Part shown: one piece after another, positions 1 through 12,324 of the stretch
How positions within the stretch are numbered: the first letter of the stretch is position 1
Layout: each line of letters starts with the position of its first letter
Source: Heptranchias perlo
Lineage: Eukaryota
Assembly (NCBI RefSeq): GCF_035084215.1
Contig: NC_090335.1
Coordinates: 54,188,001-54,252,000 of the forward strand
Direction of reading: 5' to 3'
Length of the DNA: 64,000 nucleotides
The notes under the pieces: model-generated
Told to the model about the DNA's origin: nothing
What the model saw: only the letters and a program-made list of their open reading frames with translations
Database searches by the model: none
Program-made: the position numbers and the translations under genes

Positions 1-1241
1 CCATTAACGATTCTTCAACCTGATTGGTCAAGGAGATAACAGTTGCTTGCCCTGTTCACACAGATCCCAGATGCCCTGTAGAGGGCGCCGCACTGTTCGG
101 CACTCCCGCTGACAGCAAATTGCCATGCAAAACCCCATAGAAAGTCTATGGGCAAGAGCCAGTCTAATGAATGACGCCGCTCACAGCGAAATCTGGCCCA
201 CTAACCGTAGCCTGCAGCATACATCCCAGTCCAAAAGGCCACTAAGACCTATGAATTAACTTCAAAGGGACAAATGTATTTTCTGCACATGATCATTATC
301 TGTTTGCAGCTTTGCATATATGTTAACATTTTGATAAAGTATAGCTAGACTAATCATCCATGATAAAGTTTCCACATCCTGGCTTATCTACAGATCAAAG
401 AACCTGCCTCCATTCTCACAGATAGCTGTGGTCTGGCCTCCTTTTTGTAGTTTAATAAAGATATCTTCCATCTTATCTCTAGTTATTTCTCAAACACATT
501 TACCCCAGTGTATTTCCTGCCGTATGAAATAAGTATGGTGCAGAATTTTTTCATATTTCTTGTAGGACAAAAATTCTGCTTTCATCATACACAACAGCAC
601 CAAGGTTAAAAGTGAAAGAGAGCGGGGAAATCCACTGGAACCTCAGGCTATGCCCCCCCCCCCCAATAGCGGGCAATGGCAGTTGCAGCAGTGGAGGGAA
701 AGCCCAGTCAGGGGACATGACGAGGTGGGCCTCACTTTCAAAACTTCCCAACAGTCTGCATCTCAATCCTATCGGATTATGGACAGGAATGTGGAGGAGA
801 ATGAGCTTCAAGTCATAAGTGTACAAAAGTAAACGTACTCCCACAGGATTTGAAGACATATAGCATTCAATGACAGGTATAGTATTATCAGGAGGAATGG
901 GTGGCAGCAGATTAACAATAAGTAAGCTCTTCAATTTCTATCATAATTCAGTTGTATGCTTTTGAAAGACAAAGCACTTTTGCTTTTAATTTGGAGTCTT
1001 GGGCGAGCACTGGTCTAATAGACACCTGTGAGCTCTGTGCACTAACTCTCCTATTTACTGTTGTTCTTGCCATCTCTCAAAATCATGGCTCATTAGAGGC
1101 TACTTTTAATGCTTTGTGTGTGCACATGACTTGACACAAGTTGCAAAACCCATGCTAAAAGATTTTTTATAAAGTTTGTACATTTCATCCCATGGACTTG
1201 GACGACTGGTTATTTTGTTCACTTGTTTATAAAAAAAAGTA

Positions 1242-1247
1242 TTTATT
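1242..1247 (-). terminator. Candidate polyadenylation signal (AATAAA) of the IgSF receptor gene
   Basis: tttatt on + strand, ~520 nt past the stop at 1766, followed on the minus strand by a T-rich tract. Confidence 0.35.
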
Positions 1248-1765
1248 TCAACATTACATTCTCTCCACTGTGTTTTACGTCAGGAATTGGTGCAGAGCCA
1301 GCTGTGTGTCTGCATGTTTTTATGATCACATGAAATAGCATTATGACATGAAGAGCCAGTCCAATGTATTTTGTGGGCCAACACCTAATTTGATGGCAGC
1401 TCTAGGTCTGTGATGCCATTGGAAGTCTAAGGCTCTCCTTTTTTATGATGACAGAACTGTTCATTGGCCGTCAACCATATTCTTTCAAGGTAAAATTGCC
1501 TTAAGATGACATTCCCACTAGATGACTATTCATTCAGTGTCATAGCACAAAACAGCTATGTGTCAGGTGTAAGAATTATTGGAGTAATGTTTGCTCACAC
1601 CACCTGTAAGAATTTATAAAATAGCACAAAATGAGTAAAAGGCATTGGTTATGTTCCTATAGGGACAGAAATGTCAAATTTTCTCATTGAAGTATAGGAG
1701 CTTTTAAACATTTCAAATAATACGATAGACTATGCAGATAGCCTTTGATTAAACAGATGGTCGGT

Positions 1766-1899
1766 TCATACATTAGAATGGTGGCTTTGTCCAAGTAGTG
1801 AGTAGATGACCTCATTATCATTGTTAGATTGCTCTCTCACTGGGGCTCTCACATTTCTTTCACTTTCAGATGTGGCTGTTTTCCTGGATGACAGAACTT
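1766..1899 (-). CDS. IgSF receptor terminal cytoplasmic exon with ITIM (VIYSLL, 1810-1793)
   Basis: Acceptor ...ttcccgaaaaag|AA GTT CTG (phase 1) after a ctctaac branch-like motif and pyrimidine tract; reads VLSSRKTATSESERNVRAPVREQSNNDNEVIYSLLGQSHHSNV*; VxYxxL fits the ITIM consensus; too short for the ORF track. Confidence 0.75.
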
Positions 1900-1974
1900 C
1901 TTTTTCGGGAACAAATTAAACAGGAAAATTGTTAGAGGAGTCTATTTCTGTTCAATCGGTAAAACAACCCATAC

Positions 1975-1998
1975 GTTGCAGCGGGTATGTAATGTCAG
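1975..1998 (-). CDS. IgSF receptor 24-nt cytoplasmic micro-exon (xDITYPLQ)
   Basis: cttcatactgcag|CTGACATTACATACCCGCTGCAAC|gtatgg; phase 1/1; separated from the ITIM exon by a 75-nt intron. Confidence 0.55.
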
Positions 1999-2359
1999 CT
2001 GCAGTATGAAGAGTTTGTTTGAAAATGAAATTTAAATAAACTCAACTGTGTAATGTAGTGTAGAAATATATTACGGAATAGCAAAATAAGAAAAAAAAAC
2101 ATGCAACGACAAGAAATTTGAAACAAAAACACAAAATACTGTAAATACGCAATAAGACAGAGAACATCTGTAAAGAGAAAAGGCAGAATATGATGTTTCT
2201 GGCATGCACGCTTCCCCAGAACTGCAGACTGAAATATAACAAGTATCTTAGTAAGGTTGGAAAAAGCAGAGGGAAAAAGAGAAAGAGAAAGAGGGAGAGG
2301 GAGAGAATCAATAAATCACACAGTGGAAGTAAATAGGTTAAATGACCTGCAAACAGCTT

Positions 2360-2640
2360 AATAGAAAATTGTTGGAGGTGGTGACAGAAAAGTCCAAGAA
2401 GGGAAGAGTCAGAGATGAAGTTTGTAAAGGTGAGGAATAAGGAATTGGAATCTTGGTAAATTAAATTCCCGAGAGCAGAGAGAGAGCAGGAAGCATAGAC
2501 ACAGTCATCAATGTAATAGAGGAAGAGATCAGGAAGGGTGCCTGAGTAGGAATTGGAACTAAGAAAGTTCTAGATATCCTACAGAAGGAACAGACAAAAC
2601 TGGAATTCATTAGGATGTAGAGGAACTACATGTCTGTGGT
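2360..2640 (-). mobile_element. Decayed Penelope-like retroelement RT fragment
   Basis: Minus strand reads ...SYSGTLPDLFLYYIDDCVYASCS...FISDSSL.FLDFSV across frameshifts, the YIDD/FLD region of Penelope RTs. Confidence 0.6.
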
Positions 2641-3078
2641 GAAAAGTCGACCAAATAGAGATGCAAAGAACAGTGATCCCAGTTTGAATAATTGAATGTG
2701 TTGTCCATTAATAAAAGGGCCTCCTACATATATCTGCCGCCTCACCCACCTCATTATGCATTGACTTAACTATATCTGAGGCATATATCTGGGCCTTTTA
2801 GATAATAGGAACTATTAATGCCCTTTGAAGTGGCCTAGCAAGCCATCAGTTGCCTTTATCATAGAAAAAATATTCCAAGATATTTCACAGAGGCATAAAG
2901 AAAATATGGATGTCGAGCCAAAGATAGAGATATTAGGAGGGGTGATCAAAAGCTTATTCAAAGAGGTGAGTTTTAAAGAGGGTCTTAAAGGAGGAGAGGG
3001 AGGTGGAAAGGTGGTGGGGTTTACAGAAGAGATTCCAAACTGTGGGACCTAGGCGGCTGAAGCCACGGCTACCAATAG

Positions 3079-6000
3079 TATCATAGTATCATAGTAAGTA
3101 TAGTAAGTATAGTACAGGAGGAGGCCATTCGGCCCATCGTGCCTCTGCCAGCTCTTTGAAAGAGTTATAACATTGGTCCCATTCCCCAGCTCCTTCCCCA
3201 TAGCCCTGTAATTTTTTCCCTTCAAGTATTTATCTAATTCCCTTTTGAAAGTTACTATTGAATCTGCTTCCACCACCCTTTCAGGCAGCGCATTCCAGAT
3301 CATTACAACTCGCTGCATTAAAAATATGTTTCCTCATGTCTCCTTTGGCTCTTTTGTCGATCACCTTAAATCTGTGTCCTCTGGTTCTGACCCTTCTGTC
3401 ACTGGAAACAGTTCCTCCTTATTTATTCTATCAAAACTGCTCATGATTTTGAACACCTCTATCAAATCTCCCCTTAACCTTCTCCGTTCAAAGGAGAACA
3501 ACCCCAGCTTCTCCAGTCTCTCCACATAACTGAAGACCCTCATCACTGGTACCATTCTAGTAAATCTCTTCTGCACCCACTCTAAGGTCCTGACATCCTT
3601 CCTAAAGTGTGGTGCCCAGAACTGAACACAATACTCCAGCTGAGGCCTAACTAGTGTTTTATAAAGGTTTAGCATTACTTCCTTGCTTTTATACTCTATG
3701 CCTCTATTAATAAAGCCCAGGATCCCACATGCTTTGTTAACAGCCTTCTCAACTTCTCCTACCACCTTCAAAGATTTGTGTATGTGCACCCCTAGGTCTC
3801 TCTGTTCCTGCACCCCCTTTAAAATTGTGACATTTAGTTTATATTGCCTCTCCTCATTTTTCCTACCAAAATTAATCACTTCACATTTCTCTGCGTTAAA
3901 TTTCATCCTCCATGTGTCTGCCCATTTCACCAGTCTGTCTATGTTCTCCTGAAGTCTGTTACTTTTCCAAGTTTCGTGTCATCTGCAAACTTGGAAATTA
4001 TACTCTCCAAACCCAAGTCTAGGTCATTAACATATATCAAAAAGAACAGTGGTCCTAATACTGACCCCAGGGGACCCCTCCAGTCTGAAAAACAATCATT
4101 CACCATTACTCTTTGCTTTCTATCCCCTAGCCAATTTTGTATCCATGCTGCCACTGTCCCTTTAATTTCATGTGCTATAATTTTGCTAACAAGTCTATTA
4201 TGTGGTAGTTTATCAAATGCCTTTTGAAAGTCCATATACACAACATCAACCACAATACCTTTATCAACCCGCTCCAATACTTCATATGAAGAACTCAATT
4301 AAGTTAGTCAAACACGATTTTCCTTTAACAAATCCATGCTGACTTCCATTTATCAACCATACTTTTCCAAGTATCAATTAATTTTGTCCCGGATTATTGT
4401 CTCTAAAAGTTTCCCCACCATCGACGTTAGGCTGACTGGCCTGTAAATTGCCTGGTTTATCCCTCCCCCCTTTTTTGAACAGGGATGCGACATTTGCAAT
4501 CCTCCAGTTCTCTGGCATCGTCCCCATACCTAAGGAGGATTGGAAGATTGTGGCTAGAGCTTCTGCAATTTCCACTCTTACCTTTCTCAGTTACCTAGGA
4601 TGCATCCCATCTGTACTGGGTGACTTTTCTACTTTGAGTACTGCCAATCTTTTAAGTACCTCCTCTTTATCTACTTTTGTCCTATCCAATATCAATCTAC
4701 CTCCTCTTTTACATCTACAATGGCAGCATCCTCTTCTGTACTGAAGACGGATGCGAAATATTCATTTAGTACCTCAGCCATGCCCTCTGCCTCCACAGGA
4801 AGATATCCTTTTTGGCCCCTAATCGGTCTCAGCCTTCCTTTGACTACCCTTTTACTATTTATATGTTTATAAAAGACTTTTGGGTTCCCCTTTATGTTAG
4901 CCACTAATCTATTCTCATATTCTCTCTTTGCCCCCTTCATTCCCTTTATTAGATCTCCTCTATGCTTCCTGTATTCAGCCTGTTTCTTTGCTGTATTATG
5001 AACCTTACATTCATCATAAGCCTCCTTTTTCTGTTTCAGTTTAATCTCTATATCTTTAGTCATTCAGGGAGCTCTGGCTTTGGATGCTCTTCCTTTCCCC
5101 CTCGTAGGAATGTGTCTACTCTGTACCCGAACCAACTCCTCCTTGAAGACCTCCCATTCTTCAATTACTGTTTTGCCTACCAATTTTTGATTCCAATCCA
5201 CCTGGGCAAGATCCCTTTTTAACTCACTGAAATTAGCCCTCCTTCAGTTAAGTATTTTCACATTTGATTGTTCTTTGTCCTTTTCCATAACTATTCTAAA
5301 CCTAATGATATTATGATCACTGTTCCCCAAATGCTTCCCCACTGAAACATGCTCCACCTGGCCCACTTCATTCCCCCAGAACTAGATCCAGCACTGTTTC
5401 CTTCCTCATTGGGCTGGAAACACAATGTTCCAGAAAATTCTTTTGTACACATTTCTGGAATTCCTCCCCCTCTTTGCCCTTTACACTGTTACTGTCCCAG
5501 TCTATTTTGGGATAACTGAAGTCCCCCATTATCACGACTCTATATTTCTTAAATCTTTCTGTAATTTACCTGCAAATTTGCTCCTCTATCTCCTTCCCAC
5601 TATTTGCTAACCTATAGTATACACCCAGTAGCGTAATAACTGCTCTATTGTTCCTTAATTCTAACCAAATAGATTCTGTCTTTGACTTTTCAACTACATC
5701 ACCCCTTTCCAGTGCTATAATAGTTTCTTTGATCAATACAGCCACCTCTCCCCCACCTGCTACTCCTTTCTTTCCTTCCCTATCTTTCCTGAATATCTTG
5801 TAGCAGGAATATTAAGTATTCAATCCTCCCCTTCGTTGAGCCAGGTCTCTGTTATTGCCATTATATCATAGTCCCATTTGGTGATTTGAGCCTGCAGCTC
5901 ACCAACCTTATTTACCATGCCACGTGCATTTATGCACATGCACTCCAAACTCATTTCAGTTGCCTCGCATTTGCCCCCTGTCTGATCCCTCCTATTTCTG

Positions 6001-6213
6001 AACTCTTCTTTACTCTAGTGCTATTTGTCCCTCCCAGTCCTCTGTGTACTTGTTTCTCCTCTCTGGTTCTCCTTTCATCCTGGTGCCCATCTCCCTGCCA
6101 AATTAGTTTAAAACGTCCCCCACAGCACTAGTTAACATCCCCATGAGAGCATTGGTCCCTGCTGCATTGAAGTGCAACTTGTCCATCTTGAACAGATCCC
6201 TCCTGCCCAGAAC
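3079..6213 (-). mobile_element. Decayed CR1 LINE (ORF1 3' end plus near-complete ORF2, many frameshifts)
   Basis: ORF pieces 3049-5063 carry DFQKAFD, GSVLGPLFFLIYVNDL, FADDTK, LVRPQLEYC; 3' microsatellite tail at ~3075-3112; TAGT at both junctions with the L2 host. Confidence 0.9.
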
Positions 6214-6483
6214 TAGTGGGGCAAAGGGAGGGGGAATGCACAACACGCCAGAATCAGAGGAATGGAGAGTTCAGGGAGTGGAGGGGTTGTAGGGCTGGAG
6301 GAAGCTATATAGATAGGGAAGGGCAATACCATGAAAGAATTTAAACAAAAGAGATGCTCTGGTTACGATCAGATAGGTAAGAGTGGAACTAAGTGAGGGT
6401 AATCACACTGAGCTCGACAAGACAAAAAGATGGTTTGGTCGACCATTTCAAAGACTGCAGAGAGATCGAAGAGGATAAGGAGA

Positions 6484-6930
6484 AAGAAAGATAGACTTGC
6501 ATTTATATACGATCTCAGGACATCCCAAAGTGCTTTACAGCCAATGAAGTACCTTTGAAATGTTGTAATGTGTGAAAAGCGGCAGCCAATTTATGCACAG
6601 CAAGGTCCCACATACAGGAATATGATAATGACCAGATAATCGGTTTTTAGTGATGTTGGTTGAGGGATAAATATTGGCCAGGACAGTAGGGAGAGCTCCC
6701 GTGCACTTCTTCGAAATAGTGCCATGGGACCTTTTACATTCATCTGAGAAGGCAGACAGTGCCTTGATTTAATGTTTCATCCCAAAAGACAGCACCTCTG
6801 ACAGTGCAGCACTCCCTCAGTACTGAACTGAAGTGTCAGCCTAGATTTTGTGCTTAAGTCTCTGAAGTGGGACTTGAACCCACAGCTTTCTAATCTCAGA
6901 AGCAAGAATGCTACCACTAAGCCATAGCTT
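6484..6930 (-). mobile_element. tRNA-derived SINE with L2-like 3' tail (DeuSINE-like)
   Basis: Minus strand TGGCTTAGTGG A box and GGTTCAAGTCC B box; tail ...tataaatgcaagtc; related copies at 29035, 38915, 43905. Confidence 0.75.
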
Positions 6931-7523
6931 TCATAGCAGGGGTAACACACCACAGTTACAGAGGATATCATTTGTGGCTATGGTTAGGGCTGTTTCAATG
7001 CTGTGGCAGGGGCGAAAATCTGAGCGGAGAGACTCAAACAGCGAGTTGTGGGGAAAATGGCTACGGATTTGGAAGGCAACACCATGTTCAAGTACTTTGT
7101 TGAGGAAAGGGTGGTTGGAGATTGGTTGGTAATTTGCAAGGACAGAAGGGCAAATATTCAAATATATATTCAGATACTGCTTATCAGAATCAGATATCAT
7201 CGCTCATTTTGAGTACTCAGTTTGTTTGCAAAGTCACAGTAAAGTGCATTTGAAAATTACAAATCAGCCCATAAATGGCTTATAGAGTCTTCAGTCTCTG
7301 CCAGCTGTGAAGAGCCAGTGAGTTCAGGTAGAAGAGTCCACAGCATGGGGCAGTCTTAATCAGACAATTTGTGCCATTAGACTTGAGTGTTCACTTCATA
7401 GCATAAATCTTAGCCATACAACTCTGAGCAAACTCCAAATGTGCTTGCCACAAGAGTTTTCTTTGGGAAAGAAATGGATTAAAAATAAAGTTATATTGAA
7501 ATCTATAAAACGTAAGCACTTAC

Positions 7524-7622
7524 TTAAAATTGAACATGTACAAAGTACTGCAACAACCACAAACACCACAATTAGACCGGTAGCCATCGATATTATCCAT
7601 AATAGTTTATCACCAGCAGGAC
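7524..7622 (-). CDS. IgSF receptor transmembrane exon
   Basis: ttctcaacag|GT CCT GCT...ATT TTA A|gtaagt; 99 nt, phase 1/1; GPAGDKLLWIISMATGLIVVFVVVAVLCTCSIL; no charged residue in the TM. Confidence 0.85.
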
Positions 7623-8077
7623 CTGTTGAGAATTATTGAGGACATACATTAAAAGTTGTGGTGGATAAAATACCACAAAGCAGGACTTAAGACTTTAACC
7701 GTATTTTTTTCTTTCAATTTAACTATTAAATAAGTTCACATGTCAACAACTGTGAAGGTGATGTGATCAGTTTGGCAAACATAATTCTTTTTTGTAAGAT
7801 ATTTATTTTTACAGATTTCACTGTACCTATTCTGCATTGCTAACTCACACCTATCCAATTGCACATTAAAATGTTTGTGACAAAAATTGAATTTCTGTCG
7901 ACAGTTTTTCCTCTTTTCACTAGCTTTAAATAAAGGTTTAAAGCACCACACTCAAAATGGAGATCACATTTTCAATAAAACTCAGCAGCCCAAAAACTCC
8001 CGGAAACCAGCTCCACTGCCACACGTGTAGCAGGGTGGGACCACCACATACTTATCTCATTTGGCCCTGTCCCAAAG

Positions 8078-8285
8078 TTTTTTTTTATTCATTCATGGGA
8101 TGTGGACGTCGCTGGCAAGGCCAGCATTTATTGCCCATCCCTAATTGCCCTTGAGAAGGTGGTGGTGAGCCACCTTCTTGAACCGCTGCAGTCCGTGTGG
8201 TGAAGTTTCTCCCACAGTGATGTTAGGTTGGGAGTTCCAGGATTTTGACCCAGCGACGATGAAGGAATGGCGATATATTTCCAAG
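8078..8285 (-). mobile_element. 3'-terminal fragment of the tRNA-headed LINE family
   Basis: Reverse complement closely matches 55920-56126 (FIVAGSKSWNS...HHHLLKGN* plus gggcaattagggatgggcaataaatgctgg tail and poly-A). Confidence 0.9.
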
Positions 8286-10128
8286 TGGGTGGCTGTGCTA
8301 TTGGGGCAGTGGAATTTCAAACTCGTACTTTGCTGCTCCATCGTGGGGGGAGGGTGTGGGCTGATCTGATCAAAGTATTCATTGATACAGAGTTATTGCA
8401 GAATGCTCCTTTATTCATGTGCCAACTCTCTAATGGCAGTTGATCTCATAGAGATCTCTTGCCATTGGGATAAGCATTGTGGAGCTTACAGCTGTTGTGT
8501 GGCAAAGCAAACGTACTTACTTTTGGTCATACACTGGGCAGAACTGGAGCTATTTCCAGGGAGCCAACCATCCTGCCAGTCCCTCTAAGTATGATGTCAT
8601 GATGGATAGAAGCACTCCGGGATTAGCAATGAGACCAGTGAGGGGCAGAAACATGGTGGAAACAGGTGCTGCCCTAAAATCCTCTCCCTTGCCCTGAATG
8701 TGTTGATTCCGCACCCAATATGGACCAACATTTCTAGGTCAAAGTGTTTTTGCAAGGTGAGATATCTGGTACCTATTTGAAGAAGCTAAAATATTTTGAC
8801 ATGCTAATATTTTGATTGCAAAGTCGTTAGGAGTTGGTGTACCACAAGGCCATTCCTATCAGAACAGGCTACGGGAAGAAGGTTACTTGCTTGCAAGTAG
8901 GTGTGAATGGAATGTGTCTAATATTATTGGGGTCGAAATAGTATCATTTGCCCAAACTCAGAATAATGCTATTTATAACCCTCATCAGCATCCTCCATAT
9001 GGTCATCCTCATACCTTTGTGTCTATAGGTTATGAAAATTATTGGTTTTGTTCTGTGATCACCTTCATCTAACAAAATAGCTTCAAAGCAAGTGTCTACT
9101 CTTCACAGGAATTACTAGTCAAGTGTCAGCAGTTTGGTTTCTCTTGCCATGGAGCATAGGGATGACTTAGGATCCTTAAGCTTACAATAATGTAACTCAT
9201 ACAGACTGTATTTTTTAACTGAGGAACAAGATTGCTTATTTCTTTCCGAGAAGTATTCAAAAGGGAGTGGAAAACATGTCAAGCTATGGGAGCTAGGTGG
9301 ATAGTCGGAGATAGTGGTGCCAGTCACTGTGGTCTCCTGGAGCTTACTTCATTGTTTATGGGGAGGGTAGAGGAGGGGGGGGGGGGGTGTAAGAGTGTTT
9401 TTTCCTAAATTGGCCCAGGTTTTTTTCTTTGTGTTTTTTTTTCTCTTCCAGGAGATTACATGACTACAGTGGTGGGGTGGGATGGGTTTAATCATATGAG
9501 CAGGTTGCATCACATGTGACAAGACAGGCTTGATGGACCAGCTGGTCTCTTCCTGCCCTTTTTCATATATTTGTATTTCAAGTTCTGTAAGAAGAATTCA
9601 AATGATTTTTTTACGACTGGTTTGATTAATCCCTTGTGAATTCCTACCATACCTGTAGTACAGTATTACACTTTTCACTTATGTATTCCCGATGAAAACT
9701 ACTTAATGGCTGAGCTTGTTACAAAAAGAGTCTGGCATGGCTGATATTATCCATCTTCTGAAGTGATGTGAGACATAGTTGTCATCTATACATCTGAACA
9801 ATAGCAAGTACAATAAACGTGAAGATTGTTTGCTCTTGCATATTCCAAATACTATAAGCACATAAGATTAAAGTTCAGGTCACAGGGAACATGGGCTTGC
9901 CTATGCAAGCTGTGTATTGTGGAAAGCATGAGTAAGCCTGAATTGTAAAGTCAACTTTGGTTATGAAAATATTTGCCAAACTAATCACACCATCAGTGCA
10001 ACGTTCAACTATATATTTGATTCATATCTTAAAAAGACAAAAAAAATCATTCAAAGTATGCAACTTCCACCCCTTCAAGTCTGCAGAGTCTAAAGATTTG
10101 TGTAAACAAAACACACAGCTATTCTTAC

Positions 10129-10431
10129 CTTGGTTCCTGACAGAAATCCATTTAGTGATGGGTGTAGGGAGTGTGGAGTGGTTCACCTGACAGGAATAAT
10201 TTGCACCTTCATTCCAGTCAGATACAGAAAGATTCAGGAAACTTGTGAAGGAAAATGAGCCGTCACTGTTAGAGTAGAGGGTCCCGTCGTCAGTCTCATT
10301 GATGATTAACTGTCCTTTAAACCAGGATACTCGAATGCAGCTGGGATAGAATCCCACTGATGTGCAGACTAGCTGTATACCTTCATTAGGGAAAGGTAGA
10401 GTCTCTGCTGTTAACTGGATTGTTGGTGGAG
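10129..10431 (-). CDS. IgSF receptor C1-set constant domain exon
   Basis: aattttcag|CT CCA CCA...AAC CAA G|gtaaga; 303 nt, phase 1/1; LVCTSVGFYP, VSW, NSDGSFS and YSCQVNH are C1-set signatures. Confidence 0.93.
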
Positions 10432-12324
10432 CTGAAAATTGATTAGAATATGTTATTATATCCTTTACTTCCACTGTTCAGGCTGCCTGTCATTTTGTAA
10501 TGAATACCCCCAAGAGAGGAGGAGTAGGAGTGCTCAGGCCTCACTTTGCACAGTTTTGGGCACTACTTGAAAATCGCCCCAACAACCTCTTGTACAAAAT
10601 ACATATACATTTTGTGACCTAGGTGTGATACAACTCCCTTTGTTACTAGGCTTGACCATTTATACTTGTGTTAAAGATTACAAACACTCATAAAACAAAT
10701 AAAACAAACTGTTCTTAAATGTTACACAAATATTTCTAAACATGTTAGCAATGTCAGCTCGAGCTGTTACTGTATGGATGTCTCTCAGAACAGTGTGCTC
10801 TTTTACAACACCATGCCTATTTGTGCTTGGCCTCCAAAATTTGTGTTTTTAAGCTGTTTTTCAACTTTTAAAAGATCAGCAGTTGAGCAGTTAAATGGAT
10901 TAATAATGCTAAACAGAGCACTTTGTACATTGGGGTGGTATTTCCTGTCAATTTGCACCTTAAAAACGGTGTAATCACGGTCAATATCGACTTCTGGTGC
11001 AAATAATCGTTAAATTCAGGCATAAGTAACTTACTCCCATCCTTACACAACGCACGAATTTCCTCGATCTTTTACAGCCATCTATCGATCTCCGCGCTCA
11101 AGTGCTCATTATAATGGCTCCGCCCACATGCTAAAGAGTCATACACACAAATTTCCTGCAATTACGCTGGTTCAAAACGGGTGTAAAATTAAGCCCGGAA
11201 TTCTAAATGCAGCAGGAAACAAAATAATTTTTCTGATGTTTTTGTGACTTTTTTTAGCATTTTTTTTATTTATCCTCACTGAAACTTGCATAGTTTCTTT
11301 AGATGCATTTTTATGGCATCCGTAAAAGTGACATTAAAAACTGTAAATCTTACCTGATTGCATATTCTTAAACATGCTGTGCCTAATGTGCATGAATGAT
11401 GGCCAAATGTCTTGAAACTTTAATTATCATACTTAAAAAAGGAATATATGGTGTGAGTTTGGTGCTTTCCTCGTGCCCCAGTTGTTTACGCTGATTTCCG
11501 CATGTTTAGACTCATTTTTGCGTTCTGGCATATATCAATGAGATTGGCAAGAAAGTTGGGTATAAATAGACATCAGCAAATGGGAGCACGAATGGCCATA
11601 ATTTTGGGTACAACTTCCCAATTTTGCCCCCACAGGAAAATCCACCCCATTTTTACTTATGAGGGGCTACTATTCAGTGCATTGATAGATCAATTATAAT
11701 GTTTGGATGGCGGAATTGAACTGCATTAGATTTAAATCTACAATATTTAGGACTACTCAAAAACTCCTGATTGATCACGGGAAGTATCATTCATTTGAAA
11801 GACTATTTCTCGTACAGATGCTGTCTGCTGTTAATGTCCTGATTTGCATTATATCTGCACTGAAAAGAAAGCACTACACCATTGAAGATAAGCTGGGAAC
11901 AGTTCAGTTGGTTGGGAAGAGAGATTAAAGTTTACACTGAACTCAGGCTAAACTCTGCAAATTTGACAGAAAGATTACAAGAAAACGAGGGATCATCTGC
12001 AGACAGTGGGTTTCAAATCTACGCTGAAATGCAGATGTTTCAAACTGGAAGAGCATTAACGGGCAGACAAGATGTTGCATGCCTGGTTCATGCAACAGAG
12101 ACTTGCTGATATGCAAGTGAGAGGAGAACATTAAAAAAAACGACATTAAAGCAGAGGTTTTCAGGAAGGTAAAATCACCTGGCAGTGCTGCTGCTGTGTG
12201 TCCAAACAATTTGTGCACAGCGATTGAGATGGGTGGGAGAATGCGGTCCACAGTGAGGCCAGCCTGAGGTGAAGGCTGATGTCACACAGTGACCTATAAA
12301 GGCTGGAGCATGACAAAGTTGAAA

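Larger units (their letters stand above)
2790..7150 (-). mobile_element. Old L2-like LINE fragment split by a CR1 (3079-6213) and a SINE (6484-6930)
   Basis: Segments 2790-3078, 6214-6483 and 6935-7150 are collinear L2-like sequence; ORF 6931..7200 has NYQPISNHPFLNKVLEH...FRPCHSIETAL (RT N-terminal motifs). Confidence 0.6.

Noticed and set aside
551-934. 127-aa ORF as a further receptor exon
   Set aside because: It lies beyond the stop at 1766 and the candidate polyA signal and has no recognisable domain.
2042-2311. Hydrophobic 89-aa ORF
   Set aside because: Product of low-complexity GA/A-rich sequence.
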